Source: Hemiscyllium ocellatum (taxonomy: Eukaryota). Taken from it: a stretch of DNA of 64,000 nt. The position numbers and the translations under genes were made by a program. The stretch lies in contig NC_083409.1 in NCBI RefSeq assembly GCF_020745735.1, positions 10,095,534 through 10,159,533 of the forward strand. The letters are read 5' to 3'. The notes under the pieces are model-generated. The model worked only from the letters and a program-made list of their open reading frames with translations, did no database searches and was not told the DNA's origin. Positions 1 through 10,629 of this stretch are shown here, piece by piece (positions within the stretch are counted from its first letter, which is position 1; the number at the start of each line of letters is the position of its first letter).

Positions 1-599
1 TTTTGCCGATTTTTGCTGATGTTGTTGGTCCCAACACAGACAACAACAACTGGATCCTCAACCAGCCCCACCCCCATTCCCCACCCCACCCCCCCCACCC
101 CCCAAGTCTGTTATACTTAAAAGCCGGCTCAAGATGCCCTTACCTTGAAACCAGGCAGGCAACTCCCCATGTGGGGCTCTCAATCCTGCTCACAAAGGAT
201 GCTATCAGTTCCCCTCATTATCAAGACCCCTCTTTTCTTTATGCTCCCCCAATCTGAGTGGCCTCCTGGACCATGGTGCAGTGGTTTCCTTCGTTCATTC
301 ATAGGAAATGGACATCTCTGGCCAAGCCAGCAATGACTGCCCGTAGGAGTCATCGAATCATAGAATCCATACAGTGTGAAACAGGCCATTCAGACCAATG
401 ATTCCACACCAACATTCTGAAGAGCATCCCACCCAGACTTGTCTCCCTACCTTATCCCTGTAAATCTGCATCTCCCATGGCTAATGCACCTAACCTACAC
501 ATCCCTACATTTTCCCCAGTTTAGACATTATAATTTCTGCTCTATCTTTATCTTTTTATATAATGACTTTGAAACTTACAGAGTTATGGTCACTATCAC

Positions 600-1020
600 C
601 AAAATCCTCAAACTACATTTGCCCATTCTCCCGACCATCCTTTTCCTCATTGACACAGGGAGCAAGTCCCTCATTCCTGTTGGACAAGGAGCTGAGGCAC
701 CTGTAAGGCTAAATCCAGGCTGCATCGGCCTGTTCACTTTTGGTCACACCCTCCTGTCCCTGACCACTGGCCATAATTTGAAGTATTTAACCTACAAGGT
801 GTGACTGTCTCCCCAAACACAGTGTCCAGGTAACTCTCCCCCTCCCTGATGTGTCGCAGTGTTTGAAGATCAGATTCCAGCTCATCAACTCTGAGCTGGA
901 GTGCCTTGAGCAACCAACACTTGCTGTAGATGTGGTCACTCTGAGCTACAATGGGCTCCACCAGCTTCCCCATCGTACAATTACTACACATCGCCCGGCC
1001 CTGTATGTGGGAATTATTTG
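600..1020 (-). mobile_element. CR1-type LINE ORF1 N-terminal fragment
   Basis: ORF 734-991(-) CSNC..SKCWLLKALQLRVDELESDLQTLRHIREGESYLDTVF resembles the Cys-motif/coiled-coil start of CR1 ORF1 and the other CR1 ORF1 copies in this window. Confidence 0.7.
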
Positions 1021-1499
1021 AGGAGTTTTTAATTTATATTTTAAAATTTGCTGCTGGTCGTTAGTTTTTAATCTGTAAAATATTTCCCACAAGGAGATAG
1101 AGAAGGTGCCAGCACAGGAGGAGGCTGTTCAGCCCCTTGTGTCAGTGCTAGCTGTTTACGAGCCTCAATTATAATGAACATCTCCATTGAATGTCTGTTG
1201 TCAGGAAGTGATTGAGTCTATTTTTAGAGACAGAATAACGGACAAATATGAACTGGTCCGAGAGAATCAGCATGGATTGACAAAGGTTCAGACATCTTTA
1301 ACTAACCGGGTTACACTTTGTTCGGAGCTCACTAGTGTGGGATATAAGGGAATGTCGATGGCTATTGTCTATAGGGAATTCCAAAAGACATTTAAGAATG
1401 TTCCACATAAGAAACATTGATTCAGATCTTACACTCCACAACCATCTGATGAAGGAGCAGCGCTCCAACTGCTGATGCTTCCAAACAAAGCTGTTGCAT

Positions 1500-2250
1500 T
1501 AGAACCTGGTGTTCTGTGATTTTTAATATTTACACGACAGTCCAACACCGGCATCTCCTAATCATGGAATTGGATGGAATTTGAGAAATGCATTTACCTT
1601 GGGTCAGGAATGGGTCTGTCTAGGAGACAGAGAGGAAGGATAATGTGCGTGTGTTCTAATGAGCCAGATGTGAGTAGTGGTGTTGCCAGGGATCTGTGCT
1701 GGGACCTCAGCTTTTCATGATATTTCTCAATGACTTGGATCAAGAAACAGAGAGCCATATGTCCAAGATTATTGATCACACTGTGTGAGGCAGCTTGGAG
1801 GAGGTCACAGAGATAGGGAGGGTGGAAGAACAGGGAGCAGATGGAGAACAAGGATGAGAATTTGAAAATCGAGGTACTGCTGGACCAAGAGTTTATGTCA
1901 GTCAGTGAAGATTGTGGTGGTTATGGTGGGGTGGCGAGGCATGGGCAGGAGTGTGGGGTGGACTTGGTGTGAGTTTGAACACAGACAGCAGAGTTTGGGT
2001 TGAGGTGATGTTTACAGAAGTCAGTGGCTGTCATATGGGCCTGGATAACATTGGAATGGTCACAAAAACATGGTTGAGATTATCAGTGGCTGATAATTGT
2101 GATGTGGAGGATTTGGGCCTCAAATCAGCCCCAAAGATGAGGCCAAAGTTGTAAAGAGTCTGGTTGAGCAGCAGACAGTGCTCAGGGAGAGGGATGGAGT
2201 TTGTACCAGGAGCTGAAGAGGACGGCTTTGAACTTCCCAATGTGTTTCCC
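1500..2250 (-). mobile_element. Degenerate L2/CR1-group LINE RT fragment
   Basis: Degenerate RT-like frames (LLNQTLYNFGLIFGADLRPK); a related copy lies at ~43000-43380. Confidence 0.5.
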
Positions 2251-3056
2251 AGTGAGCCTGGCTCCTCAGTCCTGACTGCTCTTAGCTGCTGTGATTGTCA
2301 CTGATTGGACACTTATTATTAGAGATTCTGACCACAGCAGAAAGCCCCAGTGTCACAAATAACTGCAAAGACTGTCAGATCGCAAGGTTGAAACTTCACC
2401 AAGAGAGGAAGTGAAAGAAGGAGCTCGGAGCAGCTGGATGTTTGTTACTGAGACGGGAGAAAACTGTGAACCATCTGCACTCCCTGGAATCTGACAGCAC
2501 AGGAGGAGGCCATTCAGCCCATCATGCCTTTGAATGACCCAGTTAGTCCCACTGCTCCCCTCTCTCTCCCCGTAACCCAGCAAATCTTTCCTTTACAGCT
2601 CAAATTCCAATTCCCTCTTATAGACCTCATGTCCACAGAGTGAGACTGCCCTGAACCTGGCTTCAAATTGGCATCTCATTCATTCATTGGGAGATAAACT
2701 GCCTGGGCTGGGAAATGGAGTTCAGTACCCTGAACATTCCCTCTCCCCTCCTGAGGAACACTTCATTTGGTTTTGCATATTCACTTGTGGAAAGTGGGCT
2801 TCACCGGCTGGGTCAACATTTTTTACCCTGTCTTGTTGCCCTGGAGTAGGTGGTGGGAAGCTGCCATCTTGAATTGTTATCGTCCACAAGCTGTAAGTTG
2901 ACCCACAATGCCAGCATTTTAACCCAGCAAGGCTGAGGGATCAGCGACATATTTCCAAGTCCGGATGCTAAGCTTTTTCGAGGGGAACTTGCAGCTCACA
3001 GTGTTCCCATGTATCTGCTGCTCTTGTTCTAAATGGAAGTGAACGTGGGTTTGGAA

Positions 3057-3252
3057 GGAAACCAAAAGAACTGCAGATGCTGTAAATCTGAGACAAAAAT
3101 AGAAAGTGCTGGAAAAGCTCAGCAGGTCTGGCAGCATCTGTGAAGAGAAATCAGAGTTAATATTTCATGCTCAACCCGAAATGTTAACTCAGATTTCTCT
3201 CCAAGATGCTGCCAGACCTGCTGAGCTTTTCCTGCAATTTCTATTTTTGTCC
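3057..3252. repeat. Palindromic Penelope-derived non-autonomous element
   Basis: Inverted arms (gctggaaaagctcagcaggtctggcagcatct ... agatgctgccagacctgctgagcttttcc); same family as 10403-10615, 19665-19891 and 40535-40740. Confidence 0.7.
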
Positions 3253-3589
3253 ATGGGTTTGGAAGGTGCTATCTGAAGATCAGTGATGAATTTCTGCAGA
3301 GCATCTTATCGATAATACACACTGCAGCTATGGAGCGTCAGTGACGGTGAGTTTGGATGTTTTGAGAATGCGATGCCAATCAAAGAGTTTGCTTTGCTCT
3401 GGATGGTATCAAGCTTTTTGAGTGGATAAGAAAGACATAGGATACAATCGACATAGATAGGAAAGGTTTCAAGGGATATGTGTGAAACGCAGGCAAATAA
3501 GATGAGTTCACTTCAGAAAACCTGGTCAGCAAGAAGAAGTTTGGCTGAAGGGTTTGTTTCTGTGCTGTATGACTCTGTGACACTATCAA

Positions 3590-4930
3590 TCTATGAATGT
3601 TGTTGGAGCTGAACCTGTCCAGGCAAGTGGGGAGTATTTGCTCACACTCCTGACTTGGTTGACAGGCTTTGGGGGGTCAGGAGTTGAGTTACTCGTTGCA
3701 GTATTCCTAGCCTCTAACTTGCTCTTGTAACCACTGTGTTTCTTTGGTGAATCCAGTTTTGTTTCTGGTCAATAGTACCTCAAGAATGTTGATAGTGGGG
3801 ATTCAGTGATGGTAATAACATTGCCCCTTGACAATCAATGCTAAGATTGTCTCTTATTGGTGATGGTGATTGGCTGGTATTTGCATGGCACCAATGGGAA
3901 ATGTCACTTCTCAGACAAAACCTGGATGTTGTCCAGATATTGTTGCATTTGCACGTGGACTGCTTCAGTATCTGAGGAGTTGACAATAATGCTGAGCATT
4001 GTGCAATCTTTGGCAATCATCCCCATTTACGAGTTTGCCTTGAGTTGCAATATCTGTTCGGAGTCTGTCCTATTTAGTACGGTGATAGTACCACACAACA
4101 CAATGGAGGGGATTCTCAATGTGAAGGTCAGACTTTGTTTCCACAAGGACTGTGTGATGGTCACTCTTACCAATACTGTCAAGGATAGATGCATCTACAG
4201 CCACAAGATTGGTGAGGATGGGGTCAAGCATCTTTTTCCATCTTTTTGGTTCCAGCTGCAGAGCCAGTCCCTCAGCTACATCCATGAGGAACCAACCAGC
4301 TCGATCAGTAATGCTGCTGCCGAGCCACTCTCAGTGGTGGACATTGAAACCCTCCCCCCACCCCCTCTCCCCCACCCAGAGTACACTCTCTGCTGTCATC
4401 ACCCTCAGTGCTTCCTCCAAATGTTGTTCAACATCCAGGAGAGACTGATTCATCAGCCGAGGGAGCAAGATATCTTGTAATCACCAGGAGGTTTCCTCGC
4501 CCATGTTTAACCTGGTGTCATGAGTCTTTACGGGGTCCAGAGCCAACTTTGAGACTTCCCAGGGTAACACCCTTCTGGCTGTAGACCACTATGTCATCAG
4601 CTCTGCTGGGTCTGCCTTTCTGGTGGGACAGGACACATGCAGGGACAGTGATGGTGGTGTCTGGGACATTGTCTGTAAGGTATGGTTCTGTGAGTATGAC
4701 TGTATCAGGCTGTTGCTTGAGTCATCTGTAAGACAGCTCTCCTGAATTTGGCACTAGCTCCCAGATGTCAGTAAGGAGGATGGAGCAGGGTAGACAGGGC
4801 TGTTTCTGTCATTGTCTTTTCGGTGTCTAGATCGATGCCTGTGGCCGTCCGGTCTCATTTCTTTGTTGAAACATTGTCATAATTGATACAACTAGGAGCC
4901 CTGCTCGGCCATTTCAGAGGGCACTAGAGA
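3590..4930 (-). mobile_element. Non-LTR retrotransposon fragment (APE endonuclease to RT end; clade not resolved)
   Basis: ORF 4070-4285(-) LDPILTN..DASILDSIGKSDHHTVLVE contains the APE SDH motif; related pieces at ~36430-37100 and ~44040-44500. Confidence 0.7.
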
Positions 4931-5769
4931 GTCAACCACATTGCTAGAGGACAGTGCCGTGTACCCCGGCAGTACATTCCGACTTCCCCCACTTCCCCAT
5001 TCTGTATATGGAAGGCAGAAGCCTGCCAGTAGGATATTCAACTGCAGGAGCTATCACAGCCCGTGCGTAATTCTGTCCCCACATTAAATCCACATAAATC
5101 TTGAATTCACATAACACCTTCAATATCCAAACATTCCAAGAATGTTCACAAAGTTGCAGTAAGAGGGATGGGGGAGAGGGTGGAGGAACATAAGAACTCG
5201 GAGCAGGAGCAGGCAATTCAGCCCCTCGAGCCCGCTCCACCATTTAATACAATCATGGCTGATCCCGTCTCAGACTCAACTCCACTTTCCTGCTCACTCT
5301 TCATCATCCTTTAACCCATTAATCATTAAATATCTGTTTATCTCCTCCTTGGTGTGAGACACGGAAGGACCACTCCATTTCAGAAAAGACTGACCATGGA
5401 AGGGGAAGGAGAGGGGAAAGGATTGGAACATGTTGTGAATGGACGGAATGGGTCAATGGGTCAGAGCCTGTCCTGTGCCTCCAACTCACGCTGATGATCT
5501 GAGGATCTCCTCTCTCTGCTGGGCCTTCACGGAATGAGGTTTGTGTCCAAATCAGTCCCCAGTGAGAATAGGCCAACAGTACAGAACAGCACAGAACTGC
5601 CCTTCATTTGACCAGAATCTGTCCATCTTCCTGAGAGAGGCCAAACCCTGGTCAATGTGGAAATAGGGCCTTACTCCATGAGAAGACAGGGGTCAAGGGT
5701 TAACATCCATTAGTGGGACAGAGCAGTGGGAGATTTATCCTGCATTCACTGTCACCACCCAGGACACTG

Positions 5770-5819
5770 TCAGAAAGAGAGAGCAGTGAGGCAGAGAGAG
5801 AGATGGAGGGAAAATTTGT

Positions 5820-5864
<45 letters not shown>

Positions 5865-6500
5865 CAAGAAAGAAAGAAAGAATGAGAGAGAGAGATAGAG
5901 GGACGGGCATCTGATACGGTGTAAGATATGTGAGTGGACCAAGAGAGAGGTAGAAGGAGGTAAAAATGGCGAGGTTGAGGGATAGACAGAGAAACAAGAT
6001 GTGAGACAGTGTGACTGAGAGGGATGGAGAGAGACAAAAAGACAAGGAGAGAGAGTGAGAGACAGGATGGGTGTGAGACTAAGCATGAAGAGAGTTGAGA
6101 GGGAGGGGAGGGTTGAGTGTGAGAGAGAAAGAGAGATGAGTATGGGTAGATTTATAATGACAGAGAGAGAGGGAGAGAGACTGCAAATTGGGATTGAGAG
6201 AGGGAAGGAGAGAGAAAGAGGGAGGAATAGAGAGTGACAGATAACAATTGGAGGCTTTTAATTGAAGTGAGAGAGGGAGCGAGGAACAGAGACAGTAAGA
6301 GATGGAGAAACAGATGATAAGATGGAGTGAGAAAGCATCAGTGAGTTGGAGAGAGTGGCTATGAGACAGAGTGTGTGTGTGTGTGTGTGAGAGAGAGGGA
6401 GAGAGAGAGAGAGAGAGAGAACATGAAAGAGATTAACAGTGGGAGAGAGAGATAGAGGTAGAGAGAAAGAAATGGCAGATGTGAGTCAGAGAGAGAGAGA
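5770..6500. repeat. Compound (GT)n/(GA)n purine-rich simple-repeat tract upstream of the V promoter
   Basis: (TG)n and (AG)n runs at ~5818-5862 and ~6370-6420 inside GA-rich low-complexity sequence. Confidence 0.9.
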
Positions 6501-7041
6501 GGGACAAGTCCTGGTCACCACACTCTGGGAAGAATGTGATTGTACCTGAGAGGGTACAGGGGAGATTTCCCAGGATGCTGCCTGAATGTGAGCTTTGGGC
6601 ACACCTCCTCCCTGCCCAGCCCTGTTAGAATTTTATATGTTTCAATCAGATCCCTTCTCATCGTTCTGAACACGAGTGAGTCCATGGCCAGGCGAGTTGG
6701 AGAGTGAGAGGAGAGTTGAGAAGAAATGTTTTCACCTAAAGGGTGTTGGGAGTCTGGAACTCACTGCCTTAAAGGCTGGTTGAGTCACAAACTCTCGTGA
6801 CATTGGAGCAGTGTTTAGATATTCCCTTGTGTTGCTGTCGCCTCCAGGGTAATGGGCCAAGAGCTGGAGAATGGGATTAGTGTCATCAGATCTTTGTTTA
6901 CCAGCACAGACACAATGGACCAAATGGCCTCATTCAGTGCTGTTCACATCAATGACTCTGAGACAGAGAGAGTGACAGAGAGAGAGAGAGAGAGAGAAGA
7001 GGAAGTGTGAGGGGCTGACGTGGCTCTCTCTGCCTGATGCC

Positions 7042-7095
7042 ATTTACATACTGAGGAACACCCAGTCAGACTCTCACAGGCTGCAGCTTTATAAA
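7042..7095 (+). promoter_or_regulatory. Ig V promoter: octamer variant ATTTACAT (7042-7049) and TATA box TATAAA (7090-7095)
   Basis: Position ~107 and ~66 nt upstream of the leader ATG matches the octamer-TATA layout of Ig light-chain promoters; one mismatch to ATTTGCAT. Confidence 0.7.
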
Positions 7096-7155
7096 GCAGA
7101 GCCCAGTGAAGGGAGAGTTTATCAGGAACCAGGCACAGGGACAGGAGCACACACC

Positions 7156-7204
7156 ATGATTTCACACATCCAGCTGATCTGGCCCCTGGCATTCTGTGTT
7201 GCAG
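7156..7204 (+). CDS. IGKV: Ig kappa-type light chain leader exon (MISHIQLIWPLAFCVA+G)
   Basis: ATG at 7156, hydrophobic signal peptide, phase-1 GT donor at 7205; splices in frame to 7391 to give [26 protein letters not shown]. Confidence 0.93.
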
Positions 7205-7390
7205 GTACAAATCTCTCTCCTTCCACCTTGAATCTTTAGCTGCTCTCCATTTCACTCCAATTCCACTGACTTGTGACTGAAGGGAAAATGCTGAAACCAG
7301 AGGAATGCTCAGTGTCTCCAACAATCTCTCATTTGACCGGCTCTTTCTGTGACAGTTCTGACTTCACTGTGTTTCTCTCTGACCCCTCAG

Positions 7391-7687
7391 GTATCAGTGG
7401 GGACATCACCATGACCCAGTCTCCCCCGGTGCTGTCAGTGGGACTGGGCCAGACCGCAACCATCACCTGTACGGCCAGTCAAAGCATTAGCAGCTACCTT
7501 GCTTGGTACCAGCAGCGAGAAGGTCAGAAACCCTCTCTCCTGATCTATTATGCAACAACTCGATTCACAGGAGTCTCGGAGCGATTCACTGGCAGTGGAT
7601 CAGGGACCAGTTTCACCCTGAAAATCAGCAACGTTCAGAATGAGGATGTGGCTGACTATTACTGTCAGCAAGGTGACAGCTGGCCTT
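7391..7687 (+). CDS. IGKV: Ig kappa-type (shark NS4/type III) light chain V segment, germline
   Basis: Acceptor ccctcAG at 7389-7390; [62 protein letters not shown] with both conserved Cys and the Trp; followed directly by an RSS. Confidence 0.97.
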
Positions 7688-7715
7688 CACCGTGATACAG
7701 AGCTGAACAAAAACC
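7688..7715 (+). promoter_or_regulatory. V recombination signal sequence, 12-bp spacer
   Basis: Heptamer CACCGTG 7688-7694, spacer atacagagctga (12 nt), consensus nonamer ACAAAAACC 7707-7715. Confidence 0.95.
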
Positions 7716-8151
7716 TCAATACATAAAGCACTACCTCCTGTCCTGACACATCCCACAGTTACATAAAATGTATAACAATGGACACACAGTCCCACCGCCT
7801 GAGCTGATATATCCACAGTTAGATCTAAACGAAATTGATCAAATTACCCCAAACTGGGATTGCCACTGTCCACGACACACTCCAATCCCTGTGGTGTCTC
7901 AAAAGTCACTGAAGGCCTCAAGTTTCCCTCTTACACTCCATGGCCACATGTGAAGAGCAGCTGCAAGATTTAACATCGAAAAATAAATTTCACAAACCTC
8001 CCGAGCCCAGCTGGAAACAACCCAGAGAGAAAGAGAGAGAAAGACACATGAATGAGGGAGAGACAGAGAGGGGCAGGGAGAGGGTGAGAGTGGGTGAGAG
8101 ACAGACAGAGATAGAGAGGTGGACAGTGATAAGAGGGAAGCAGAGAGCAAA

Positions 8152-8190
8152 GGTTTTTGTACAGCCTCTGCACTGGGAGCTCTCACTGTG
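8152..8190 (-). promoter_or_regulatory. J recombination signal sequence, 23-bp spacer
   Basis: GGTTTTTGT 8152-8160, 23-nt spacer 8161-8183, CACTGTG 8184-8190; both elements are consensus. Confidence 0.96.
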
Positions 8191-8225
8191 GCTTACGTTC
8201 GGTAAAGGAACCAAGCTCAGACTGA
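8191..8225 (+). CDS. IGKJ: Ig kappa-type J segment (LTFGKGTKLRL)
   Basis: FGXG motif, 23-RSS immediately upstream, consensus phase-1 donor GTAAGT at 8226-8231. Confidence 0.96.
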
Positions 8226-8587
8226 GTAAGTAAACCTCAATCCTCTGTTATTAACCCTGTCAATACTGAATCACACTTTCTAAAATACAGTTACTGATTT
8301 GTTGAAGGTGTTAGTGGGAAGCTGCAGTGAATGAAATGGTTGTTTGAGGAGCACTGTGTCCAGCTGTATTTCTTTACTTTCATGCCCTCTTTAAAAAAAG
8401 CAAGATATAAGTCAGTCAGTTTTACTCACCGTGTGGAGGAGCTCTGTCCATTTGCAGCCTGTGGTCCCATTCCTGCAGCATGGAGTGAAATCAGTGAGTA
8501 GCCTCCTGCCAGTCTCAGTGTGACGGACACGGGCAGAGTTTGATGTGAGCTCTGGCTCCCTGTCCCAGTCTCTGATCTCACTGACCT

Positions 8588-8592
8588 CAGCA

Positions 8593-8623
<31 letters not shown>
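8588..8623 (+). repeat. (CAG)12 trinucleotide repeat with one CAA interruption in the J-C intron
   Basis: Directly visible. Confidence 0.95.
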
Positions 8624-8625
<2 letters not shown>

Positions 8626-9076
8626 CAGTGAGACACCGAGCTCCCACCTCCCCCAGCTTTAACTCTGCTCAATCACACAATCACAGAATTGTTACAGTGC
8701 ACAAGGAGGCCATTCCGTCCATCCTGTCTGGACTAGCTCTCCGAATGAGCAATTCACTGAGTGTCATTCTCCTGCCTTCTCCCTGTCACCCTGCACATTG
8801 CTCCTTTTCAGATAACAGTCTCATTCCCTTCGGGATGTTTCAATTGAAGCTGCCTCCACCACACTCTCAGGCAGTGCATTCCACACCTTAACCACCCAAT
8901 GGCTGAAAATGTTTTCCCTCATCTCACTTTTCTTACTTTTCCAATTACTTTCAATCTGTGGCCTCTCGGTCTCAATCCTTTCACAAGTGGAATCATTTTC
9001 TCCCTATTGACTCTGTTCCAGGCCCCTCCTGATTTTGAATTTCTGGAGCAATTCTCCTCGCTGCCTTCTCCAAAGA

Positions 9077-9278
9077 CTTGGAGGTGCCGGTGTTGGACTG
9101 GGGTGGACAAAGTTAAAAATCACACAACACCAGGTTATAGTCCAACAGGGGGTTTATTTGGAAGTACCAGCTTTCGGAGCGCCCCTCCTTCATCAAATGG
9201 TTGTCAGCGACGCTCCAAAAGCTAGTGCTTCCACATTAACCTGTTGGACTATAACCTGATGTTGTGTGATCTGTAACT
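9077..9278. mobile_element. Palindromic Penelope-derived insertion with 11-bp target-site duplication
   Basis: TTCTCCAAAGA at 9066-9076 and 9279-9289; inverted arms ~9110-9181 and ~9211-9280; empty site at 62392-62402. Confidence 0.85.
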
Positions 9279-10402
9279 TTCTCCAAAGAAGACAGTCCCA
9301 AATTCTCCAATCTATCTTCAGAACTGATATTCCTCATGCCTGGAATGATCTTTGTGCATATGTTTGCCAGCTCTACAAAACATTCACCTCATTTCTGCAT
9401 TATTCACATTATTTATGTCCCTCATGATTTTATAAACCTCTATAAGGTCACTCCTCAGCCTCTGGCACTTCAGGGTAAAAGATCTCAGCTTTTCCAGCCT
9501 CTAATGGTCACGGAGTCATACAGCGAGGAAACAGATCTTTCAGTCTAACTTCTCCATGCTAACTAGATATCCAAAACTGACTTCAGCCCATTTGCCAGCA
9601 TTTAGCCCACATCCCTCTAAACCCTTCCTATTCATGTACCCATCCAAACATCTTTGAAATGCTATAATTGTATCCGTCTCCAGCACTTTCTCTGACAGCT
9701 CGATCTGGACACGCACCACCCTCTGTGTGACAAGTTACCCCTCAGGTCCCTTTTGGATCTTTTGCCTCTCATCTTAAACCTATACCCTCTACTTTGGATT
9801 CCCTTTCCCAAGGCAAATACCTGGGATATACACCCTGTCCATGCCCATCATGATTTTATAAACATCTATAAGGCCACCCTTCAGTCTCCGATCCTGCAGG
9901 AAAAATAACCCGTCTATTGAGTCTCTTCCGACAGCTCAAACCCTCCAGTTCCAGGCAACATGCATGAAAAATTTTCTGCAGAATTTTAAGTTTAACAGCA
10001 TCCTTCCTATCACAGGATGATCAGAATTGTTCACATTATTCCCAAAGTAGCCTCACCAATTTCCTGTACAGCTGCAAATAATGTCCCAACTCTGATACTT
10101 TGTGCAGTGACCAATAAAGGCAAGTGTACCCAACACCTTCTTCATCTCCCTGTCTCCCTGTGACTCCACTGTCAAGGAATAATGCCCATGCACCTGTCCC
10201 TGCCCCTGCCCCTGCCACTGCCCCTGCCCCTGCACCTGCCCCTGCCCCTGCCCCTGCACCTGCCCCTGCCCCTGCACCCTGAGGTCACTTTGTTGAGCAA
10301 CACTCCACAGGGCCCCACCATTAACAGTATAAGTCCTGCCCTGGTTTGACTTTCCAAAATGCAACATCTCACATTTATCTAAATTGAACTCCATTTGCCA
10401 CA

Positions 10403-10615
10403 CGTTTAGATCAGAGTGGTGCTGGAAAAGCACAGCAGGTCAGGCAACATCCGAGGAGCAGGAAAATCGACGTTTCGGGCAAAAGTCCTTCATCAGGATT
10501 CCTCTAGCCAAAACATCAATTTTTCTGCTCCTCGGATGCTGCCTGATATGTTGTGCTTTTCCAGCACCACTCTGATCTAAACTCTGGTTTCCAGCATCTG
10601 CAGTCTGCACTTTTG
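10403..10615. mobile_element. Palindromic Penelope-derived insertion with 13-bp TSD, carrying a minimal hammerhead motif
   Basis: TCCATTTGCCACA at 10390-10402 and 10616-10628; the - strand reads CTGATGA-AGGACTTTTGCCC-GAAACGTC. Confidence 0.82.
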
Positions 10616-10629
10616 TCCATTTGCCACAA

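Noticed and set aside
3857-4480. 207-aa + strand ORF
   Set aside because: Antisense to a LINE endonuclease region; no protein-family features.
7273-7390. N-terminal extension [12 protein letters not shown].. of the V ORF in the track
   Set aside because: It is leader-V intron read in frame; the real leader is 7156-7204.
7940-8190. 97-aa ORF ending in the J segment
   Set aside because: GA-rich V-J spacer and RSS read in frame by chance.
8624-8662. Perfect heptamer CACAGTG at the end of the CAG tract as a cryptic RSS or kappa-deleting-element-like site
   Set aside because: No nonamer at 12 nt (cccacctcc) or 23 nt (cagctttaa) spacing. An isolated heptamer is expected by chance, although a lone-heptamer role cannot be fully excluded.
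10188-10280. Gly/Gln or Arg/Gly repeat protein (QGQGQG..)
   Set aside because: Hexamer microsatellite expansion inside a CR1 fragment.
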